In this document: piece by piece, positions 57,056 to 64,000 of the stretch
Position numbering within the stretch: the stretch's first letter is position 1
Layout: every line of letters starts with the position of its first letter
NCBI GenBank assembly: GCA_963836235.1
Contig: CAWIIP010000002.1
Location: 1,696,001 to 1,760,000, forward strand
DNA: 64,000 nt
Reading direction: 5' to 3'
Source: an uncultured Pseudomonadota bacterium
GTDB lineage: Bacteria > Oederibacteriota > Muellerivitia > Muellerivitales > Muellerivitaceae
Notes under the pieces: generated by a model
Database searches by the model: none
What the model saw: the letters and a program-made list of their open reading frames with translations, nothing else
Told to the model about the DNA's origin: nothing
Program-made: the position numbers and the translations under genes

Positions 57056-57679
57056 ATGAAAAACAGTTCGATCTATTCCTGGGCTCTGGCTTTGGTCCTC
57101 GGTTATATCCTCTACCTGGCCGCGACCCTGGTGGGAAGCCTTTTTCTTTCCGGCAGTTACCTGGCCCTTCCACCCCTCTACGCCAACCAGATTCTGCACC
57201 CGGCCGCCGCCTATCTCTGTGGCCTTATCATGCTATTGGGGTTTCTCTTCGGGCTCAGGGTGTTTCATGGCACCTTTTTCGTGGAATGGTCCCTCTTGGC
57301 CCTCCTGATGTATGTTCTGGGCTATTTTTTATCCACCTTTGACGCGTCCTTTTTTACCACCATTGAAGGCCGGACCTTCCTGCTGGGTTTGGCTTTCTTT
57401 CCCGCCGTCCTTTGTACCGCGGCCTTTACCCACATCGTGAAAACCCTGGGCCCGGCGGTCGGGTACCGTGGAGAAAAGTCTTTCGGTTATTTACAAAGGC
57501 ACCCCCTTAAAAATTGGATGGGACGGCTGACGCTGGCTTGGATGGTTTTTCCGGTGGTTTATTTTCTCTTCGGGATGGCCGTGGCCCCCATCGCTGTTCC
57601 TTTTTTGGAGGACCTCAGCTCCCTCGCCATTCCATCCCTGGGCCTGGCGGTTCATTACCAAATGGAGGAAGAAACCTGA
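57056..57679 (+). CDS. Hypothetical membrane protein, possibly C-terminally truncated
   Basis: RBS AAGGAG; about 5 TMs. Confidence 0.6.
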   Translation: MKNSSIYSWALALVLGYILYLAATLVGSLFLSGSYLALPPLYANQILHPAAAYLCGLIMLLGFLFGLRVFHGTFFVEWSLLALLMYVLGYFLSTFDASFFTTIEGRTFLLGLAFFPAVLCTAAFTHIVKTLGPAVGYRGEKSFGYLQRHPLKNWMGRLTLAWMVFPVVYFLFGMAVAPIAVPFLEDLSSLAIPSLGLAVHYQMEEET

Positions 57680-57933
57680 GGCGGTGAGGATCCGGGTTTC
57701 AGACAAGTCGTGCCCCGGGCTGAAAGGACGCCGCTTTCGAAGGTTCCGGCTCATGTTAAAATTCCAGGCCTTTTGATTCACGTGAATCACTTTAGAGAAT
57801 TCTTAATATCGCATGAGGGAAAAAGGCGGCCCGCGATTTCTCGGGAAAGCCTTTAAAAACGGCCTTCATTGCCCGATACCCAAGCCCTATATTGGGGGAC
57901 CGTCGGCGGACTCCAGTATCCAGGGAAGGGAAA

Positions 57934-60453
57934 ATGAAAAAAATTCTTCTGCTTTGTTTGAGGCCGGTATTTTTGGTTTCGGCTTTAGTGGTTTTCATCC
58001 TGGTATCCGGCCCTGTGATGGCCCAAACAACTACGGAAAAAAGCCCCGCCGGTTTTTGGTTGGGGACTATCGATAAAGACGGCCTCCAGGTGATCTTCAA
58101 TATTTCGGAAAAATCCGGCCATTCCCTCGAGACGACGATCGACAGCCTGGATCAGAACGCTTTTGGCATTCCGGTCAGCCTGACCACTTTTGAAAAAGGC
58201 CATTTGCGCCTGGAAGTCCCCCTCGTGAAGGGTTCCTATGACGGGCAAATGAGCGGCGACGGCACCCGGATCGAAGGCAAATGGTTCCAAAGCCAACCCC
58301 TGGCCCTGAGCCTGAAAAAAATCTCCGCGGCCGAGAAAAAAGCCGTCGTCCAAAAAATCCTCGCTTCCCGCCATCCCGCCGTCCCCTTTCCCTTCACGGC
58401 GCAGGTGAATCAGTCCGGAAGTGTCTACCTGACCGATAACGAGCGCAAGGTCGCCTCGGCATGGCCCCTGATCTTTACGGAAGGATGGAAACCCCATCCC
58501 TTCACCCTCTCGCCGGGTGATCCCGCTTACGACGGCGTCGCGGTTTTGCCCGAAGGGGGGCGGGTGGGCCTCCAAACCAGCCTGGAAGTCCTGAAATCGG
58601 GCGTCCATGTCCACGCGGTCCTAACGGCCCTGGACCCGGTCACGGTCACCGCAGCACGGTTGAACCTGGACTTTCCCTATGACGATTGGATGGGGGCATC
58701 TTTCCAGTTGGGCGGCACCCAAGGCGCAATACCTGCGGAAAAATCCTCCAACATCATGATCGCGAACGGGGATTCGGCGACCCTTTCCATGGGCCCCGCC
58801 GCCAATTACGACGGCCTTACGGCGAATCTCGTTGCGCCCCAGCTGAGCACCATCCTTCAGGACAGCCGGCAGTGGGGCGGCTCCCTTTCCGCCATTCTCA
58901 GCCATGGCGAGACCAGCGAAAAGCTCTGGGTTTGGAAGGCCGGTGAAAAAAAGGATTTCGACTTCACCCTGACCTTCAACCGTGAGTTCGCCCTCCCGCC
59001 TACCCAGGCGCCGAAGGCCTCAAAGGATTTGTCGGGCACCTGGTGCGCGAGGGCGGGAGGCCTCCAAAATCCGAGCCGGACCGACCGGATGATGCTTCGA
59101 ATCCAAAAAGTAAAAAAAGGAAAATACGAGATCATCAGCCATGACTACGACCTTTACGGGGGCGGCCAGGACGTTTATTTGGAAAAGGCTGCCTGGAAAA
59201 AAGGAACCTTGCGCGCCGAGGGCAAGGAGGTTCTCTTAAACCTGCGCCTAGACCCTTCGGGAACCGTCTTGGAGGGAACCCTCCAGACCCATCTAGGTGA
59301 AGAAGTCGGCCAGGGCTCCAAAGACACCTCGCCTTCCCAAGGAAAAATCTATCCCATTAGCTTCCACCGGGGCTTGGAATACCTGGTGCCCCGGGTGGAC
59401 GCGCAAGGCAACCCGGTTACCCAGTACAGCTACCAGCTTCCCCAAACCCTGGCGGACGGCTGGCCGGTGGGGGATTTAAACCAAAGCCGGCTGGACTCCG
59501 CTGTCGTCGGGAAGGGCATCGGCCAAATCCTCAACCAGCGCTTTTTTCACATCGAAAGCCTGTTGGTGGTTCAAAAGGGGCAGTTGTTATTGGACGAATA
59601 TTTCCGGGGCCTGGGGCCCGATGACAACCACCAGCTTCAATCCTGCACGAAGTCCGTCCTCGCCACCCTCTTCGGGATTGCCCGGGACCAGGGCTTGGTG
59701 AAGCTGTCCGACAAGCTTTACGATTATTTCCCCGACTACCGCGCCCAGCCCGGCTGGCAGGCGGATAAAAACCGCATCACCTTGGCGAATCTCCTGAGCA
59801 TGAGTTCGGGCCTGGCCTGCGACGACTGGCTGCCGCCCGGGGACAATTGCAATAAAGGCATGTGGGGAAGCCAGGACTGGCTTTCCTACGACCTCACCCT
59901 GCCCATGGACCACGCGCCGGGGGAGCATTTCGCCTACACCACTTCCTGCATGGAACTTTTGGGGGCCATCATCGCCCGCAAGAGCGGCCTGACCATCCCG
60001 GACTTCGCGCAAAAGTACCTCTACGACCCCTTAGGCATCCAGGCCCGCCAGTGGGTGACCGGCCCCAACCAGGTTACCGAAGTGGGGGGGAGCCACTGCC
60101 TGCGGCCCCGGGACATGGCCAAGCTGGGCTATCTCTACCTGAAAAAAGGGAAATGGAACGGCCACCCAATCCTCTCGGAGGATTGGGTGGAAAGGGCTAC
60201 CCGGCCCCAGGTGCCCAATCCTAAAGAGAATCCCCGGACTTTTGAATATGGCTATTTGTGGTGGCAGGAACAGATGCCCCTCCAAAATAGAAAGGTTTCC
60301 GTTTTCTACGCCGCGGGACGGGGCGGCCAGTTTATTTTCGTGGCGCCGGATTTGGACCTGGTTTGCGTCTTGACGGCGAATAATTACGACGGTTCACAGC
60401 TTGCCAGCGAGGATTTTTTCAAGGCCTATATCCTCGGCGCGGTTAAAAATTAG
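57934..60453 (+). CDS. Secreted multidomain serine hydrolase (beta-lactamase class C-like)
   Basis: Signal peptide; SCTK (SxxK), LLSMSSG, FAY, RDMAKLG, YGYLWW, GRGGQ. Confidence 0.9.
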   Translation: MKKILLLCLRPVFLVSALVVFILVSGPVMAQTTTEKSPAGFWLGTIDKDGLQVIFNISEKSGHSLETTIDSLDQNAFGIPVSLTTFEKGHLRLEVPLVKGSYDGQMSGDGTRIEGKWFQSQPLALSLKKISAAEKKAVVQKILASRHPAVPFPFTAQVNQSGSVYLTDNERKVASAWPLIFTEGWKPHPFTLSPGDPAYDGVAVLPEGGRVGLQTSLEVLKSGVHVHAVLTALDPVTVTAARLNLDFPYDDWMGASFQLGGTQGAIPAEKSSNIMIANGDSATLSMGPAANYDGLTANLVAPQLSTILQDSRQWGGSLSAILSHGETSEKLWVWKAGEKKDFDFTLTFNREFALPPTQAPKASKDLSGTWCARAGGLQNPSRTDRMMLRIQKVKKGKYEIISHDYDLYGGGQDVYLEKAAWKKGTLRAEGKEVLLNLRLDPSGTVLEGTLQTHLGEEVGQGSKDTSPSQGKIYPISFHRGLEYLVPRVDAQGNPVTQYSYQLPQTLADGWPVGDLNQSRLDSAVVGKGIGQILNQRFFHIESLLVVQKGQLLLDEYFRGLGPDDNHQLQSCTKSVLATLFGIARDQGLVKLSDKLYDYFPDYRAQPGWQADKNRITLANLLSMSSGLACDDWLPPGDNCNKGMWGSQDWLSYDLTLPMDHAPGEHFAYTTSCMELLGAIIARKSGLTIPDFAQKYLYDPLGIQARQWVTGPNQVTEVGGSHCLRPRDMAKLGYLYLKKGKWNGHPILSEDWVERATRPQVPNPKENPRTFEYGYLWWQEQMPLQNRKVSVFYAAGRGGQFIFVAPDLDLVCVLTANNYDGSQLASEDFFKAYILGAVKN

Positions 60454-60537
60454 TTTCCGGGTATTCCGGGCCGCGCTTAGGTTTGTCAAAGGCGGAAACC
60501 CGCGTTGGACAAAGCAAGTTAGAATGGAGTTATCAGA

Positions 60538-61659
60538 ATGAGAAAAAGAAAGATTTCATCCCTCGGCCTCTTTTTGGGTACGGTTGTACTGGCCTCTTCT
60601 TATATGACGGGGTCGATCGCCCGAAGTTCCGTCCTCGTTCCGGCCAATGACCCCAACATTCAGTACTCGGGGCGGTTTGATTTTTCCGATCCCCTTGCCC
60701 CCCGTTTCGACTGGCCGGCGGTTTCCATCCCCGCCATGTTCCAGGGAACCTCCATTGGAATCCTTCTCAACGACGGCAACAACGATTTCGACCTTTTCAT
60801 CGACGGGGAGCTCCAACAAGTCATCGTGACGGACAGCGACACCCAATATACGGTGGGGGGCTTGAAACCCGGTATCCATCACCTTCTGTTGGTGAAACGC
60901 AACGAAGCTTTCAACGGGATCGCCACTTTTAAGGGACTGATGCTGGAAAAAGGGATGTCCCTTTTGAAACCGCCGTTGCCGCCATCCCGCCGGATCGAGT
61001 TCGTGGGGGATTCCCTGGCCTGTGGCGCCGAGGTTGAGGACCCCAATAAAAGCTGCGAACCTTCCCATTTCCGCCCGACCTCAAACGCCTATCTGGCCTT
61101 TGGCCCCCTGGCCGCGAGGGCCCTTAACGCGGATTACCGGGTCACTTCGGTTTCCGGAACGGGAATACTGGCGAAATTTGGGGCGGCGAATATCCCGATG
61201 CCCGGTTATTACCCACGGGTATTGGCGGGACAGGAAACACCCGTGATGGACCCCCGGCAATGGGTACCGGATGCCGTGGTGATTGAACTGGGCGGGAACG
61301 ACTGTTTTTCAGCAAACCCTCCCAGCCGGGATGACTTCGAGGGCGCCTACAAAAAATTTATCGCCGTCCTCCGGGCCGATTATCCCAAGGCCCGGATATT
61401 CTGTTTCACTTTCCGCAATTCGCCGCCCGGGACCGGCTATATCCAGGATGTCGCGGCCCAGGAAATAAAGGCGGGTGACGCCAAAGTCGGCTTGGCCGAA
61501 GCGGATTGGCCCGCGGCCCACCTCACCGGCTGCTATTTACATTTCGACCGGGTGGGCCAGCAGGAAGTGGCGGATGAGCTGGTAAAGGCGCTCCGTAACG
61601 ATATGGGGTGGGATGAAGGGAAATCCGACAACGGAGACGATATCCCCCCGCCGCCCTGA
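60538..61659 (+). CDS. SGNH/GDSL esterase, carbohydrate esterase family 2-like
   Basis: IQYSGRF N-domain, IEFVGDS..CG, ELGGND, GC..H. Confidence 0.85.
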   Translation: MRKRKISSLGLFLGTVVLASSYMTGSIARSSVLVPANDPNIQYSGRFDFSDPLAPRFDWPAVSIPAMFQGTSIGILLNDGNNDFDLFIDGELQQVIVTDSDTQYTVGGLKPGIHHLLLVKRNEAFNGIATFKGLMLEKGMSLLKPPLPPSRRIEFVGDSLACGAEVEDPNKSCEPSHFRPTSNAYLAFGPLAARALNADYRVTSVSGTGILAKFGAANIPMPGYYPRVLAGQETPVMDPRQWVPDAVVIELGGNDCFSANPPSRDDFEGAYKKFIAVLRADYPKARIFCFTFRNSPPGTGYIQDVAAQEIKAGDAKVGLAEADWPAAHLTGCYLHFDRVGQQEVADELVKALRNDMGWDEGKSDNGDDIPPPP

Positions 61660-61783
61660 GGAAAGCCCTGTGTCGGACATCCCTCCTTGGGACCGGCCCC
61701 CAGGGTGTCCTGCTGTAGGCCTGTCGGAGATGGGTATTCACCCAGTCGAATCGTGAAGTACCCTTGCCGAATCACGAAGCAGG

Positions 61784-61977
61784 CACTTCGCGATTGTTTT
61801 GCGCGATTTTACCCGGCCTTTTATTGGCTTTTCTTCAAAAACCGCCTTTTGGTGAAAATTTCACTTCGCGATTCGGTTTGGCCCTTATTAGAGGTGTGGC
61901 CCGTATTTTCCAGCCTTTTATGGGCCTTTTTCTCGAATGGCTTTTCTGGAGATTCTCCAGAATTTCACTTCGCGATT
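61784..61977. repeat. Three CACTTCGCGATT direct repeats
   Basis: At 61784, 61862 and 61966; the last two extend to AATTTCACTTCGCGATT. Confidence 0.7.
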
Positions 61978-62054
61978 TCGCGATAGGCCCTGTGCTAGGT
62001 CTGCCAGGCCTATGATTGAAGGGTCTGGTAGGGCGATGCTAGAATGCCCCCAAT

Positions 62055-62878
62055 ATGGCTCCCAAGTTCCTGACCACCTTCAACGCCACCGTCCTCCACC
62101 TCGCTTTAAGGGCTTTCTTATTGGTCGCCAGCTTTTGGCATGGGGGCCTGATATTGTGGTCTATGGCTTATGACGCCTATATCCCGGAAGATATGGGGTT
62201 CCCCTACGGCTGGGGGAAATATTTGAGTCCCTTTGGGGCCGATTCCTCCACCTTCCGCTTTTACCTTAGCGCCCTTATCCTCAACTTGGCTTGGGACGGC
62301 TATTGGGTTTGGTCCCTCGGCGGCGGCCCCGAAAGCCGGAAGCCCGGCTATATCAAGCCGGGGATAGCGGCTTACCACCTGGGCTTTTGGGTCCTGTTGG
62401 CCGCTTTTTCCCTTTTTACCTCAAGCCAACCCTGGCGGCCTGCGCCCTGCTTTGGGCCAGCCAAAAAGTCGTCCAAGCCCTGCTCCTTCGTCGGGCCCCT
62501 AAACCCCTACCTGCTCCTATGTCGAGGCCTCAAGCCGAAACATCAGGTTTGGGTGTACCAGGTTTAAAGGTTGAAGAGCCTGGTGTGCTGAGGCCACCAG
62601 CCGAAGCACAAGATTTGGTTGTGCCAGGCCCAGAGGTTGTAAGGCCTGGCATAACCCCGGAAGCCGACCCAGAGGACGAAGTCGCATTGGAAGAGAAAAT
62701 CCTGGCCTATATCGGGCATCATGGCCAAGCCAACACCGGGGAATTGGCCAAAGCGTTAGGGGTTACCACAAGGGCTGTGAATTACTGCCAACAGAAATTG
62801 CTTTCGGAGGGCCGTTTGGAGAGAGCGGGAAAAGGTAGGGCGACGGTATATAAGTTAAGGGAAACCCCGAAGGGTTAA
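62055..62878 (+). pseudogene. Membrane protein with C-terminal winged HTH, split by one frameshift near 62405-62417 (possible sequencing error)
   Basis: 5' ORF has TMs; 3' ORF ends KILAYI...TGELAKALGVTTRAV...L..GRL.R.GKGRATVY; one extra T in a T5 run joins them. Confidence 0.65.
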
Positions 62879-63034
62879 ATGTGGATGGGGTTATTAATGG
62901 TGCCAGTTTCGGGAAAGCCTCCTCGATTCTGGCAACAAAACTTTAAGATTTGACCCGGTTTTCCCTCCTTTTCACGGGCCTGGGAGATATGGGGTTTTGC
63001 TATAATGGGTTCATCTATTAAAGAGAGCACCGCG

Positions 63035-63235
63035 ATGAATCGAAAACAAATGGTTATTAAATTAGGGACCTTGTCCGAAACCGAGGACAGCCCACTGTCC
63101 CCGGCCATGACCCCCGAGCAAGGGATTGGAATGATGTGGCGCTTGGCCCTCGACACTTGGGCCTTCATGAAGGAGACCCATGCTGAATCCCGACTACAAA
63201 GACATGTTGTCCGCCTTGTCCGAGGAAAAAGCTGA
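63035..63235 (+). CDS. Small protein coupled to a nucleotidyltransferase
   Basis: MTPEQ..GMMWRL...RLQRHVVRL; overlaps the next gene. Confidence 0.6.
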   Translation: MNRKQMVIKLGTLSETEDSPLSPAMTPEQGIGMMWRLALDTWAFMKETHAESRLQRHVVRLVRGKS

Positions 63236-63638
63236 GTTCCTTGTCGTCGGGGCCTACGCCCTGGCCGTCTATGGCCTCCCCCGGGCCACCGGGGATATCG
63301 ACCTCTTTATCGGTATCGATCCCGGAAACTCCCGGAAAGTTTATCAAGCCCTGAAGCGCTTTGGAGCGCCCCTTTCGGAGGCCCAACCTGAAACCTTCAC
63401 CCAACCCGGCCTTGTTTTTCAAATCGGCGTCGTTCCGAGCCGGATCGACCTTTTGACCTCTATTTCGGGAGTATCTTTTCCGGAAGCCTGGGCCCACCGC
63501 CAAATGACCCAGGTGGAAGGTTTGAATTTGCCAGTTCTATCCCTGGGCGACTTGATCCTCAACAAAATGGCCACAGGCCGGCCCAAGGACAAAGCCGATT
63601 TGGAATGGCTGAGGGCCAGGCAGAAGCAAAAACCGTAA
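63180..63638 (+). CDS. Nucleotidyltransferase-fold protein (DUF6036-like)
   Basis: VVGAYALA.YG.PRAT.DID, RIDLL, NK.A.GRPKD..D. Confidence 0.85.
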   Translation: MLNPDYKDMLSALSEEKAEFLVVGAYALAVYGLPRATGDIDLFIGIDPGNSRKVYQALKRFGAPLSEAQPETFTQPGLVFQIGVVPSRIDLLTSISGVSFPEAWAHRQMTQVEGLNLPVLSLGDLILNKMATGRPKDKADLEWLRARQKQKP

Positions 63639-63679
63639 ACGAAATTTTTGTTCCAATAAGTTTTTAAAAAGGAGTTTGT

Positions 63680-64000
63680 ATGGACGCTCAATTTTTATTG
63701 CCACTTATTAGTGGTCTCGGAATCGGTAGCCTTAACCACTATCGCACAATGGTATTTTCAAAAACGAAACGATGAAAAGAAACGTTCTTTCGAGGAAAAG
63801 AAAGAAGCATATGTTGGTTTTCTTGATGCGATGCATGCATTAGCGACTGAAAATTCGAACGTGAATTCTAAAAAGTATGCTCTTTGGGAAACAAGGGCGA
63901 TTTTAGTTGGTTCATCTGGAGTAATAAAGAACGCACAAGGCATGAAAGACACAGAACCGGGAACGCAAGAACGCAGCCAGTATTTTGACTCTCTGCTTGA
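63680..64000 (+). pseudogene. AT-rich hypothetical single-TM protein, frameshifted near 63732, runs off window edge
   Basis: RBS AAGGAG plus ATG gives MDAQFLLPLISGLGIGSL; a different frame continues LTTIAQWYFQKR...EKKEAYVGFL open to the window end. Confidence 0.55.

Overview
A gene-dense, GC-rich bacterial chromosome window of about 62 CDS. I found no rRNA, tRNA, CRISPR array, integrase or transposase. The organism is a diderm: it encodes an outer-membrane beta-barrel and lipoproteins. It uses a tandem-domain ThyX and the futalosine menaquinone route (MqnD), and has many exported Thr/Pro-stalk proteins. This profile suggests a poorly characterised lineage, but taxonomy cannot be fixed from this window. 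The main blocks are transporters, a large thiol/peroxide-redox gene set (Prx-like, MsrB, rhodaneses, DsbA-like, Ohr, Trx lipoprotein, DipZ), three GT-C membrane glycosyltransferases, a VWA/AAA+ pair and secreted hydrolases. The most striking structure is a ~4.86 kb AT-richer island at 27636-32518. It is bounded by a 27-bp direct repeat that duplicates the last codons of the Old Yellow Enzyme gene, encodes no recombinase, and carries three tandem lipoproteins with a conserved N-terminal stalk and variable C-terminal heads. Other observations include a shared ECF-type promoter motif before three redox genes, two families of REP/MITE-like inverted-repeat elements, and a duplicated operator-like element. 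An unnamed ~200-aa domain is shared by two unrelated hydrolases, and a cupredoxin has an unusually long Cys-rich ligand loop. Three frameshifts lie at short homopolymer runs and may be sequencing errors. All product calls come from motif recognition, not database searches.
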